Source: Sphingobacteriales bacterium
GTDB taxonomy: Bacteria > Bacteroidota > Bacteroidia > Chitinophagales > JADIYW01
Length of the DNA stretch: 64,000 bases
Assembly (NCBI GenBank): GCA_947460245.1
Contig: CANHGL010000005.1
Coordinates: 25,121-89,120 of the forward strand
Direction of reading: 5' to 3'
In this document: positions 18,654-27,969 of the stretch, piece by piece
Layout: each line of letters starts with the position of its first letter
Position numbering within the stretch: the first letter of the stretch is position 1
The notes under the pieces: generated by a model
What the model was told of the DNA's origin: nothing
What the model saw: the letters and a program-made list of their open reading frames with translations, nothing else
The model's database searches: none
Program-made: the position numbers and the translations under genes

Positions 18654-19808
18654 TTATTGTGTAAATCCATATTCTTCAAATATAAATTTGAGTTCATTAT
18701 AGATATGTTGCTTATCAAAAGCATATTCATCTAAGGTATAGCTATGCTTGCTATTATATCTGGTAGCTTTTTCAGTTGCTTTATCCAGTTTTTCTAAAAA
18801 AGCAGGAGAGATTTCTAATTTAAGCTGTGTATAAATTTTCAATACCGTGTCTTTAGGTGCAGCTATAAGATCCGTGTATGGAATAGTAATAAAGTTTTCT
18901 TTTTTAAAATTTTCTTTTTGCAAATTAAAGTACTTATAGTATTCAATCCCCAATTCACCCCATTCCCGATATGCCTCTGATGTTTTTTCAATATCAGGAT
19001 GTAATACTTTCCACGGCTCGGCAAACATTGACGTAAATGAAGGAATTGCCTGATAAGGATTTCTAATTAAAAATATAATTTTTACATCCGGAAATATTTC
19101 ATGAAGCATTTCTAATCTGCCTGAACTCATAACTGTTTTTCCGAGGTATAATTTATTGCTTCCCAAGGCATACATCCATCTTTGTACGGTTGCTTTATAA
19201 TAATTCTTTATATTTTCTTTGGTCTTAACATCCAATCGATCTGGTATGTATAAATCACTAAATTCTTTTAAGAAAGGAGTAGCTAGACCAATACTTGGGG
19301 AGATACCCGAAACAAAGTGTAACCCTTCATCTTCTTCTGATTTATTAAATCCGGTTGCATGAATATCATCCCATCCTCCAAAAAAATGTTGATTAATAAA
19401 GTTTAAAAGCCGGTGAAGCGGATTGCCAGGTATTTTCTTATCTATGGTGTTAAAAAATTGAATCATCCGAAAAAAAGTAATAGACGGAAAGATTGTTTGG
19501 TACATTATATTTGAAACGAACTTCTCTTCATCTAAACACATTAATCGATGTAAAAAAGTGGTACCACTTCTTGGGTTACTAATAATAAATACGGGTTGCT
19601 TTACTATTATATTCTTATAATTGGGAAATAAAATTTCATCCAGTAATCGCGTAACAGCACTTAATAGTCCAACAATAAAAACAGATAGTATATATATTAA
19701 CCCAATAATACACCTACGAATAGTAAAATGCTTAAAACAATGGAGATAAATAAAACGAAAATGAGTTTTAAGTCGAGTATAAAATATAGTGGCGTCTAGA
19801 AAATTCAT
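18654..19808 (-). CDS. Membrane-anchored sulfotransferase family protein
   Basis: N-terminal hydrophobic helix (IGLIYILSVFIVGLLSAV), PAPS 5'-phosphosulfate loop ISNPRSGTTFLHRLM, and a 3'-phosphate motif-like LIRNPYQAIPS. Confidence 0.7.
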   Translation of the reverse strand: MNFLDATIFYTRLKTHFRFIYLHCFKHFTIRRCIIGLIYILSVFIVGLLSAVTRLLDEILFPNYKNIIVKQPVFIISNPRSGTTFLHRLMCLDEEKFVSNIMYQTIFPSITFFRMIQFFNTIDKKIPGNPLHRLLNFINQHFFGGWDDIHATGFNKSEEDEGLHFVSGISPSIGLATPFLKEFSDLYIPDRLDVKTKENIKNYYKATVQRWMYALGSNKLYLGKTVMSSGRLEMLHEIFPDVKIIFLIRNPYQAIPSFTSMFAEPWKVLHPDIEKTSEAYREWGELGIEYYKYFNLQKENFKKENFITIPYTDLIAAPKDTVLKIYTQLKLEISPAFLEKLDKATEKATRYNSKHSYTLDEYAFDKQHIYNELKFIFEEYGFTQ

Positions 19809-19868
19809 AATAAACTAAAGTGGGCAAAAATAACATTAATTCATTGTAATATGTATAGCCTTATATCC

Positions 19869-20567
19869 CTAATTTAAATGAACGCTACCTCTCAAATGAC
19901 CCATCTGCCTTAAAATCCAGCCTTTTCGTTTATTAATGTATTTATTGGGGTGTGCAGCATTCCACTTTCTGGGATTGGGAAGTACAGCGGCAATAGCAGC
20001 CGCTTCTGCTGAACTTAAGTTTTTAGCGTCTTTCTTAAAATAAATTTCTGAGGTAGCCTGAATACCATAGATTCCATCACCCATTTCAATGACATTTAAA
20101 TATACTTCCATGATGCGTTTTTTACTCCATAAGATTTCTATTAAGAAAGTAAAATATACTTCAAATGCCTTTCGGATATAACTGCGTTGAGGAAAAAGGA
20201 ATACATTTTTAGCGCATTGTTGACTAATCGTGCTGCCTCCTTTAATTGGTTTGCCTCTTTTTTTTAACTTTTCATTTTGCTTGACTACTTTTTCTATAGC
20301 TTGAAAATCAAACCCAAAATGTTGCGAAAACTTTTGATCCTCGGAGCAGATTACTGCCAAAACAATATTAGGAGACATCTCCGATAAACTTACCCATTCT
20401 TTATGAATCCTTGGAAGCTCACCACTTGCTATTTGTTCTACACAACGAATAAGCATTAGCGGTGTAACAGGAACTGGGATGAATCGAAATAAAAGTGTGG
20501 AAATTATACTTATTAAAAAAAATGCTATGATAAGGCGTCTGAGCCATTTCCAAATAATATTCCACAT
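19869..20567 (-). CDS. mtgA: Monofunctional peptidoglycan glycosyltransferase
   Basis: GT51 motifs CSEDQKF and GGSTISQQCAKN, with a single N-terminal TM helix. 232 aa. Confidence 0.85.
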   Translation of the reverse strand: MWNIIWKWLRRLIIAFFLISIISTLLFRFIPVPVTPLMLIRCVEQIASGELPRIHKEWVSLSEMSPNIVLAVICSEDQKFSQHFGFDFQAIEKVVKQNEKLKKRGKPIKGGSTISQQCAKNVFLFPQRSYIRKAFEVYFTFLIEILWSKKRIMEVYLNVIEMGDGIYGIQATSEIYFKKDAKNLSSAEAAAIAAVLPNPRKWNAAHPNKYINKRKGWILRQMGHLRGSVHLN

Positions 20568-20635
20568 AATTATACTTAAGTTATTCTCAAAGTTGTAAAA
20601 CTAATGTAACTTAACACATTATAAATATCCACTTT

Positions 20636-22000
20636 ATGTTGATGAAAAAAGGATTTGATGATTTGCCTTATCCCAAAATAAGCAATGCTATTTTTGGCAA
20701 TATGGCTCAACTGAGAAAAGAAAAAATAAATTTCTTTATTCAGCAGAAGAAAGTTTTAGGAAATATTTATAGAATTAAAGTCCCTACCAGAAAAGTTGTC
20801 GTAATAACTAGCCCTGAATGGATAAAATATGTATTAGTAGATAACAATAAAAATTATACTAAAAGCTTTGCATATGATTCCATACGTCTTTTTTTAGGAA
20901 ATGGTCTTTTAACCAGTGAAGGTGATTTCTGGAAACGTCAACGAAGATTAGCTCAGCCTGCTTTTCATAAAGAAAAGTTACATCTTATGTTTCATAATAT
21001 GGTGGAACAGACCAATAAATGCATACAACGGTTGGAAAAGTATGCAGATTCAGGAGCGCTATTTAATCTTTCTGATGAGTTATATAAACTGACCTTAGAT
21101 ATTGTAAACTCAACGCTATTCTATAATGAAATTGAAAGCACCACTGGTTCAATATATCAACTGGTTTCAAAGGGGAGTGAGTTTATTACTCAACGTATAG
21201 ACAATCCATTTCAATTACCCAACTGGGTTCCAACTCCTCATAATTGGAGAGAAAAAAAGATTTTACATTCTATGGATGATGTGTTTTTTTCTATTATTGA
21301 CAGGCGTAGAAAAAATAAAGAACATCACGAAGATTTGCTGAGTATGCTCATGGAAGCAAAAGATGAAGAAACTGGGGAGGGAATGAGTAATAAACAATTG
21401 CGTGATGAAATCTTGACCATTTTTGTTGCTGGTCATGAAACCACACAAATTGCCTTAGGGTGGACATTTTATCTGCTCTCTAAGAACCCAGATAAATTGA
21501 ATCAATTAAATAATGAATTGGATGCACAGGCCAATGATTCTATAACATCTCCTTCTGATATACGAGGATTAACCTATCTTAAACAGGTAATTGATGAATC
21601 CATGCGTTGCTACCCACCGGCATGGGTGATGGGAAGAAGAACCATAGAGAAAGATAACATAGAGGGATATGAAATACCTCCCTATACCAATGTAGTTATG
21701 CCTATTTATGTGGTACATCACGATGAAAGTATATGGGAAAATCCATATGAATTTGAACCGGAACGTTTTGCACCTGATAAATTGAAAGACAAGCATAAAT
21801 ATGCTTATTTTCCTTTTGGTGGCGGACCCAGACTTTGTATTGGAAATAATTTTGCTATACAAGAAATGCAGGTAGTATTGGCAATGATACTTCAGCGTTT
21901 TAGGGTAGAAATCGATAGTCAATTTATACCTGAATTAGATCCTTTGGTTACCTTAAGACCTAAGTATCCAATTTATGCAAAAGTGTGGAAAAGAAAATAA
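20636..22000 (+). CDS. Cytochrome P450
   Basis: I-helix AGHETT, ExxR (DESMRCYP), and the heme-thiolate loop FPFGGGPRLCIGNNFA. Confidence 0.85.
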   Translation: MLMKKGFDDLPYPKISNAIFGNMAQLRKEKINFFIQQKKVLGNIYRIKVPTRKVVVITSPEWIKYVLVDNNKNYTKSFAYDSIRLFLGNGLLTSEGDFWKRQRRLAQPAFHKEKLHLMFHNMVEQTNKCIQRLEKYADSGALFNLSDELYKLTLDIVNSTLFYNEIESTTGSIYQLVSKGSEFITQRIDNPFQLPNWVPTPHNWREKKILHSMDDVFFSIIDRRRKNKEHHEDLLSMLMEAKDEETGEGMSNKQLRDEILTIFVAGHETTQIALGWTFYLLSKNPDKLNQLNNELDAQANDSITSPSDIRGLTYLKQVIDESMRCYPPAWVMGRRTIEKDNIEGYEIPPYTNVVMPIYVVHHDESIWENPYEFEPERFAPDKLKDKHKYAYFPFGGGPRLCIGNNFAIQEMQVVLAMILQRFRVEIDSQFIPELDPLVTLRPKYPIYAKVWKRK

Positions 22001-22073
22001 AGATATAATTTCTAAATGAGGAAATTTGAGTCTACAATAGTATTGATATACCAAAGAAATAGCATTTTAAATT

Positions 22074-22634
22074 ATGGCCGCTACAGAAACAATAAGAATG
22101 CCACTGGGTTTTATAGCACCTGATTTTTCTTTACCGGATGCTGTTTCAGGCAAGGTGCTTTCTCTAGAAGAACTCATAGGTGCTCATGCAACTGTAATTA
22201 TGTTTATCTGTAATCACTGTCCATATGTTAAGCATATCAATAAACAATTGGTGAGTTTGGCTAATGATTATATGTCAAAGGGTATTTCTTTTATTGCTAT
22301 AAGTTCAAATGATGCCGTAAGCTACCCAGATGACGGTCCTGAACTGATGAAAGTAACAGCTCTGTTTGAAGGATATCCTTTCCCTTATTTATATGATGAA
22401 ACTCAGGAGGTAGCTAAAGCTTATCATGCTGCATGTACTCCTGATTTTAGCATATTCGATAAACAACTACATTGTATTTATCGTGGCCAATTAGATAACT
22501 CCAGACCTAAAAATGACAGCATATCCAATGGGAAAGATATTCGGAATGTTTTGGATGCAGTACTTTCAGGCAACGCGGTTAATCAACAACAATTTCCCAG
22601 TATGGGATGTAATATTAAATGGAAGAAGGATTAA
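22074..22634 (+). CDS. Thioredoxin-fold (AhpC/TSA-like) protein
   Basis: 186 aa with the CxxC site FICNHCPYV in a peroxiredoxin-like context (FIAPDFSLPD). Confidence 0.7.
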   Translation: MAATETIRMPLGFIAPDFSLPDAVSGKVLSLEELIGAHATVIMFICNHCPYVKHINKQLVSLANDYMSKGISFIAISSNDAVSYPDDGPELMKVTALFEGYPFPYLYDETQEVAKAYHAACTPDFSIFDKQLHCIYRGQLDNSRPKNDSISNGKDIRNVLDAVLSGNAVNQQQFPSMGCNIKWKKD

Positions 22635-22636
22635 AG

Positions 22637-23539
22637 ATGGATATTTTTAAAATATTTAAGGAGAATTCATTGTTAAGTAGTGTAGATACACTTCAAAAAA
22701 CTACTAAAACGGTAAATAATCTTATTGCATTAGTTTCGGATAACAATGTGTCCATTTCTGTAAAAGAAATGCTAAATGGCTTAAAATCAGTTTTAGTAGA
22801 GAAGCCCAATATTAGTGCCCTGAATCATTATATCAATCATTTTTTATTAAGATTAGATCCGGAGCAACAGCCTATTGTAATAAAAGAACTTTTAGAGGTC
22901 TTTCACGAACGATGGAAAAATGTAGAGCGTAAAACAGCAGAAGTTGCAGCGCAGTATTATGATTTTGAAAATAAAACTATTTACCTTTTTGGAAGCGATC
23001 CATCTATTTTATCTCTAATAGATTTATTACTGGTAAAGCAAATTAAATTTAAAGCAGTTCAGCTTTTGACTGATAGAACAGAAAAAGACAAGGAACAAGC
23101 CAGCGCAATTGCCTTGAAGGGAATTCCTGTTAAAGTTTCGACCATAGCGGGATTCGGTAAGCCAGCAGGTGAAACTGCTGTTTTGATTATGGGTTGTGAT
23201 ATTATTATGCATGAAACATTCAAAGCTCAATCAGGAGCTCATCTTCTAACTTCTGCTGCACAAACCTTTGCAATTCCTGTTTTAGTTTTAGCAGATAGCA
23301 GAAAAATACTCAATAAGAAATTTTTTAATCCTTCCGTTGCGCAGCTATTAACCGGTAAAGAAGATAAATCTGGTAATGTTATATGGAAGAATACTCCTCA
23401 AAATATTGAGACTATACATAATTACACCGAAGAGATACCTAATCATTTTATAAACTGTTTTATATTAGAAAAAGAAGCGCTCACACCGGAGGAATTGATA
23501 GAAAAAATAGATAAAGTGCTGGTAGTAAACTTCTTTTAG
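22637..23539 (+). CDS. Divergent IF-2B-family-like protein (eIF-2B alpha/beta/delta / sugar-phosphate isomerase fold)
   Basis: The C-terminal half (IYLFGSDPSIL...ALKGIPVKVSTIAGFG...VLIMGCDIIMHETFKAQSGAHLLTSAAQTFAIPVLVLADSRK) follows the block order of IF-2B family proteins. ATG at 22637 is preferred because it starts just after the upstream stop. Confidence 0.4.
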   Translation: MDIFKIFKENSLLSSVDTLQKTTKTVNNLIALVSDNNVSISVKEMLNGLKSVLVEKPNISALNHYINHFLLRLDPEQQPIVIKELLEVFHERWKNVERKTAEVAAQYYDFENKTIYLFGSDPSILSLIDLLLVKQIKFKAVQLLTDRTEKDKEQASAIALKGIPVKVSTIAGFGKPAGETAVLIMGCDIIMHETFKAQSGAHLLTSAAQTFAIPVLVLADSRKILNKKFFNPSVAQLLTGKEDKSGNVIWKNTPQNIETIHNYTEEIPNHFINCFILEKEALTPEELIEKIDKVLVVNFF

Positions 23540-23573
23540 TGCAATATTGAGGATAAAAATGAGTTATTAAATT

Positions 23574-24503
23574 ATGTCACAAGCTGTACAAATACAACAA
23601 AAGCGGTCTAATCAGCAGTCAATCATAGTTACTTCAGCAATTTTAATAGCGTTGTTGCTATTGTTGTTTTATATAAAATTACAGCATCCTCCTGTTCAAG
23701 AACCAATTTCAGCTGTAATTATAGACTTTGGTGATAGCAAAGAAGGTTTGGGAAATGATAATGAATTACTTGCAGGAGGAAGCGCATCAACACCTCAGGA
23801 ATTAGCAGCAGCAAATCCTGAACCGACACCGATTACTCCAACTCCAAAACCTGTTGTATCCACTTCTACTCCGATAAAAACAACACCTGTTAAAACGGTG
23901 GTATCCGAAGATCCACAGGCAGTTGCCATTTTAAAACAACAGAAAGAAGATCAGGAGCGCGCTAAGAAGGCAGTCGAAGAACAGCAGAGAATAGCGGAGA
24001 TAGTTAAAAAAGCAGAAGCAGAACGTGCGGCAAGAGCTGCAGAGGAAAAACGAATTAAAGATCAAACGGCAAGTATCTTTTCTAAAGGTAAATCAGGTAT
24101 AGGGAATGGTACCGGTAATGCCTCGGGGAATGGTACAGGAAACGGACAAGGAAATTCTAATCCGGGAGGAAATCAGGGTTCACTATCCGGAAAACCAGGT
24201 GGTGATCCAAATGGTAATGGAAGCGGAGATGGGATGAGCTATGATTTGAAAGGAAGGACCTGGAGGAAACGTCCATTGGTATTTGACAACTCTCAAAAAG
24301 TAGGAAAAGTAGTTGTAGCTATTAAAGTAGATAAGGGCGGAAATGTGGTTTATGCAAAATATCAACAAAAAGGAAGTACAACAACAGATAGCCAACTTAT
24401 ACAACTTGCAGAACAGGGTGCTATGAAAGCTAAATTTAGTGCTGATCCTTCAGCGGATGAAGATCAGTTTGGCACTATAAGTTTTAAGTTTAGTGTGCAG
24501 TAA
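23574..24503 (+). CDS. TonB/TolA-like energy-transducer family protein
   Basis: N-terminal TM anchor, Pro/Thr-rich spacer (PEPTPITPTPKPV), a charged coiled segment and a G/N-rich tract. The C-terminal about 80 aa resemble a TonB C-terminal domain (GKVVVAIKVDKGGNVVYAKY...). Confidence 0.55.
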   Translation: MSQAVQIQQKRSNQQSIIVTSAILIALLLLLFYIKLQHPPVQEPISAVIIDFGDSKEGLGNDNELLAGGSASTPQELAAANPEPTPITPTPKPVVSTSTPIKTTPVKTVVSEDPQAVAILKQQKEDQERAKKAVEEQQRIAEIVKKAEAERAARAAEEKRIKDQTASIFSKGKSGIGNGTGNASGNGTGNGQGNSNPGGNQGSLSGKPGGDPNGNGSGDGMSYDLKGRTWRKRPLVFDNSQKVGKVVVAIKVDKGGNVVYAKYQQKGSTTTDSQLIQLAEQGAMKAKFSADPSADEDQFGTISFKFSVQ

Positions 24504-24569
24504 TTCTGTAGTTTCAATTTGAACATTTCATTAAAAATGAAGTACTTTGTGTACTCAAATCTAAATCAA

Positions 24570-25298
24570 ATGCAAAAGACTTCTGCAAGTATCTTGTTTG
24601 ACAATAAAGCTATAGTTCCGAAGGAATTTAATAAGATAGCTGAGAAATATGACTTCGCTACAAGGATGAGCCAAGGCTACCAGGATGATCTAAACCGTAG
24701 TGGAAGCTTGTTAACCTTAAAGGGAGATGAAACAGTAATTGACTTGTGCTGTGGTACAGGAAAATCTACAGTATCATTTTTATCCAGAATTACATCAGGT
24801 AAGGTTTTCTGTGTAGATAATTCAGAAGGAATGTTGGCAGTTGCTCAGGATAAATTCTCCAAAGAAATTGCAGCAGGAAAAGTTGAGATATCGCTTCAGG
24901 ATGCTATGCATTTGAATTTTGCACCTGAATCTGTAGATGCAATATTTATGGCCTATGGATTAAGAAATATGCCAGATTATGACTTGTGTATTGAAAATCT
25001 CTTTCGAATATTAAAACCGGGGGGACAACTTGTTATCCATGACTATTCATTAGCAAATTCCTGGTATGCAAAACCATTGTGGTTCGTTCTTAGTTATGGA
25101 TTCATTGTTCCATTCTGTACATTGATATCTGGCTCTGCTACTATCTATACTTATTTAGCAAAAAGTGTTTTGAATTTTCTCAATCCGGATCAGTTAAAAG
25201 AATTGTTGTTAAGCAAAGGGTTTACAGGCATTAGCATAGTTCAACATGCCAGTTGGAGGAGACTATTTTTTCATAGTTTTCATGCTATAAAAAAATAA
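24570..25298 (+). CDS. Class I SAM-dependent methyltransferase (UbiE/MenG-like)
   Basis: FNKIAEKYDF block near the N terminus, SAM motif I VIDLCCGTGKST, and the post-I and motif II/III blocks LRNMPD and LKPGGQLVI. The start is uncertain (TTG 24519, ATG 24537 or ATG 24570). Confidence 0.7.
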   Translation: MQKTSASILFDNKAIVPKEFNKIAEKYDFATRMSQGYQDDLNRSGSLLTLKGDETVIDLCCGTGKSTVSFLSRITSGKVFCVDNSEGMLAVAQDKFSKEIAAGKVEISLQDAMHLNFAPESVDAIFMAYGLRNMPDYDLCIENLFRILKPGGQLVIHDYSLANSWYAKPLWFVLSYGFIVPFCTLISGSATIYTYLAKSVLNFLNPDQLKELLLSKGFTGISIVQHASWRRLFFHSFHAIKK

Positions 25299-25310
25299 CT
25301 TTTTCTGCGA

Positions 25311-26594
25311 ATGAATTACAACGAGACTATTGATTATCTTTTTCAAAAGCTTCCTATGTTTTCGCGCATCGGAGAACAAGCTATAAAGAAAGATCTTTTT
25401 AATACCCATGAACTTTGTGCTTATTTAGATCAACCACAAAATAAATTTCCAACTATACACATAGCAGGAACTAATGGAAAGGGTTCTGTTTCTCATATGT
25501 TAGCTTCTATTCTTCAGGAAGCAGGCTATAAAACAGGGTTATATACCTCACCACACCTTAAAGATTTTCGTGAAAGAATTAAAATAAACGGAATACCATG
25601 TGAAGAGGAATTTGTTATCGATTTTACAGAGCGGATTAAAAATAAAATTGAGACAATTGAGCCCTCATTCTTTGAGATTACAGTGGCTATGGCCTTTGAT
25701 TACTTTGCTCAGCAAAAGGTTGATATTGCTATCATAGAAACAGGGCTGGGAGGACGTTTGGATTCTACTAATATAATAGACCCTATACTTTCTATAATAA
25801 CGAATATAAGCCTGGATCATCAACACCTGCTTGGCAATACACTTGATCAAATTGCCTTCGAAAAAGCAGGTATTATAAAACAACATACACCGGTACTAAT
25901 CGGAAGGAAGAATAATATTACAAATCATGTTTTTTCAGAGAAAGCCAGACTATCAGATGCACCTCTCTTTTTTACAGAAGATAGTGTTCATTTAAATCAT
26001 GCAGAAAACGTCAAAAACTGCCTTAAGCTTGATGTGAAAATTAATGGAATACCAAAAGTATACTACTGCGATTTATCAGTACAATACCAATCTGAAAATA
26101 CCTGCACTGTTCTAGCTGCTGTAAATATTTTAAATCAAAATAGTACGCTAATATTAAATGATTTATCGGTACATGCAGGCTTGTTAAATGTAGTAAGTAA
26201 TACTCAATTCTATGGCAGATGGCAGCTTCTGGAGCATGTGCCAAAGACGATAGCAGATGTAGCACATAATGAAGATGGAATAATGAAAGTTATATCCCAA
26301 TTAGAAACTGAATCATTCCAACAGCTACATTTTATTTTAGGTGTTGTTAAAGACAAGGATATAGATAAAATATTACAATTACTTCCCAAAGATGCTTTAT
26401 ACTACTTTACCGAACCCCCAATACCCAGAAAGCTGGAAGTAGATATTCTAAAAGAAAAGGCTCAATTATATGGTCTTGTTGGTAATGCTTACATGCATCC
26501 TAAGGATGCGCTGAAAGCAGCCAGAATTAAAGCTAAGAAAGACGATTTCATTCTTGTGTCAGGTAGTTTCTTTGTTGTTGCTGAGGTAATTTAG
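25311..26594 (+). CDS. folC: Bifunctional folylpolyglutamate synthase / dihydrofolate synthase
   Basis: P-loop HIAGTNGKGSV, the blocks TSPHL and ETGLGGRLDSTN. 427 aa. Confidence 0.85.
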   Translation: MNYNETIDYLFQKLPMFSRIGEQAIKKDLFNTHELCAYLDQPQNKFPTIHIAGTNGKGSVSHMLASILQEAGYKTGLYTSPHLKDFRERIKINGIPCEEEFVIDFTERIKNKIETIEPSFFEITVAMAFDYFAQQKVDIAIIETGLGGRLDSTNIIDPILSIITNISLDHQHLLGNTLDQIAFEKAGIIKQHTPVLIGRKNNITNHVFSEKARLSDAPLFFTEDSVHLNHAENVKNCLKLDVKINGIPKVYYCDLSVQYQSENTCTVLAAVNILNQNSTLILNDLSVHAGLLNVVSNTQFYGRWQLLEHVPKTIADVAHNEDGIMKVISQLETESFQQLHFILGVVKDKDIDKILQLLPKDALYYFTEPPIPRKLEVDILKEKAQLYGLVGNAYMHPKDALKAARIKAKKDDFILVSGSFFVVAEVI

Positions 26595-26703
26595 AGTGAA
26601 TTAAGCATTTTAGAAGATATGTCGCTATACTGTAGACATAAAAAACTGCTCAAAATTTGGTTAAATCTTTTTTTTGGTTAATTTGTGGCAATTAATAATT
26701 ATT

Positions 26704-27096
26704 ATGGCAAAGAAAATTCCATTTACCGTTGAGAGAACTTATAAATCTTCTCCAGCTATTTTGTATTCTTTTTTAACTACTCCCTCAGGTTTAGTTCAGT
26801 GGTTTGCAGACTACGTAGACCTCGATCCTAATGGAGAGGTATTTACTTTCGAATGGAACGGAGAAGGGCAGACAGCAGAAGTTTTAGTATACGAAGAAGA
26901 CGAGTTTATCAAACTCAGATGGGATGATGAAGAAGATGAAAAAGCTTATTTCGAATACCGCATCCGCGTAACAGATATTACTAAAGAAACTATTCTTACC
27001 GTTACAGACTTCGCTACAAAAGAAGAAATGGATAGTGCAAAAGAACTCTGGAAAAGTCAGTTAAATGACCTTGCTAAGGTTTTGGGAAACGGATAA
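26704..27096 (+). CDS. START-like / SRPBCC (AHSA1-like) domain protein
   Basis: About 130 aa. The pattern SPAILYSFLTTPSGLVQWFAD is typical of this fold family. ATG at 26704 is preferred over the upstream TTG. Confidence 0.5.
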   Translation: MAKKIPFTVERTYKSSPAILYSFLTTPSGLVQWFADYVDLDPNGEVFTFEWNGEGQTAEVLVYEEDEFIKLRWDDEEDEKAYFEYRIRVTDITKETILTVTDFATKEEMDSAKELWKSQLNDLAKVLGNG

Positions 27097-27103
27097 TTTA
27101 ATT

Positions 27104-27856
27104 TTATTGTTGTTGCTGAGCCTGTGCTTGTTTGAAGTGAGAGTCATCTCTACTTAATCGGTTATATGCACACATATATATAATACCTGGATATTTTGCA
27201 ATCAGTTGATAATTGTGAGTAGCAAAAATCATAGGCGTTTGCGTCTTCTTGAATATAGAATAGAATAAACTCATAATTTCATCGGTTGTCTCAGGATCAA
27301 GATTACCGGTAGGCTCATCTGCAAGAATTAACTCAGGATGGTTCAATAATGCTCTTGCAATTGAAACACGTTGTTGCTCACCACCAGATAATTGATTAGG
27401 GAACTTTTTGATTTTGTCCGTTAGAGAAACTAAATCCAAAGATTCTTCAATAGCTGATTTAATTTTTATACTATCTGACCATCCAATGGCACGAAGCATA
27501 AACTCTAAATTTTCAAATACGGTTCTATCAGTTAATAATTGGAAATCCTGAAACACAATACCCAATCTTCTACGCAAATTGGGTAGATCTGAGCGACTCA
27601 GTGATTTGAGGCTATATCCGCAAACATCCGCCTCTCCATGATTAAATTCCAGGTCACCATATAGAGTTCTAAGTAAACTACTTTTACCGCTTCCTGTTCT
27701 TCCGATGAGATATACAAAATCACCTTTACGCACCTCAAAATTCACATTATCTAAAACGAGATGATCGTGGTGCATAATTTTAGCATTCTTAATATCTACC
27801 ACACGGGGCATTATTTTGGAAACAATTGGATTATTGATTGCAACAGCTTCAGCCAT
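27104..27856 (-). CDS. ftsE: Cell-division ABC ATPase FtsE
   Basis: Walker [12 protein letters not shown], signature [15 protein letters not shown], and Walker [12 protein letters not shown]. No ftsX is adjacent. Confidence 0.75.
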   Translation of the reverse strand: MAEAVAINNPIVSKIMPRVVDIKNAKIMHHDHLVLDNVNFEVRKGDFVYLIGRTGSGKSSLLRTLYGDLEFNHGEADVCGYSLKSLSRSDLPNLRRRLGIVFQDFQLLTDRTVFENLEFMLRAIGWSDSIKIKSAIEESLDLVSLTDKIKKFPNQLSGGEQQRVSIARALLNHPELILADEPTGNLDPETTDEIMSLFYSIFKKTQTPMIFATHNYQLIAKYPGIIYMCAYNRLSRDDSHFKQAQAQQQQ

Positions 27857-27955
27857 AAGGATAGTATTTAGAGATTTAAAATGTACACTCAGCCATTATT
27901 ACAGGACTTAATATACTTAACAAATGTACAATTTAAATTAAACCGAATAAATCCG

Positions 27956-27963
27956 TATTTTTG
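27956..27963 (+). promoter_or_regulatory. Candidate -7 promoter box (TATTTTTG) for hemE
   Basis: Exact TAnnTTTG match ending 7 nt before the hemE ATG at 27970. This implies a very short or absent leader. Confidence 0.3.
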
Positions 27964-27969
27964 CCCAAG

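Noticed and set aside
24090-24240. A repetitive GGnAAyGGn DNA tract that might look like a tandem repeat or contingency locus.
   Set aside because: It is in frame within the TonB/TolA-like CDS and encodes a G/N-rich low-complexity linker (GNGTGNASGNGTGNGQGN...). The units are imperfect at the DNA level, so it is coding low complexity rather than a simple-sequence repeat.
27879-27930. AAATGTACA occurs twice, 43 nt apart, in the ftsE / hemE divergent region (each contains the palindrome TGTACA).
   Set aside because: It is a 9-nt AT-rich word, and similar TGTACA words also occur in other intergenic regions (e.g. near 40010). It cannot be told apart from chance without genome-wide statistics.
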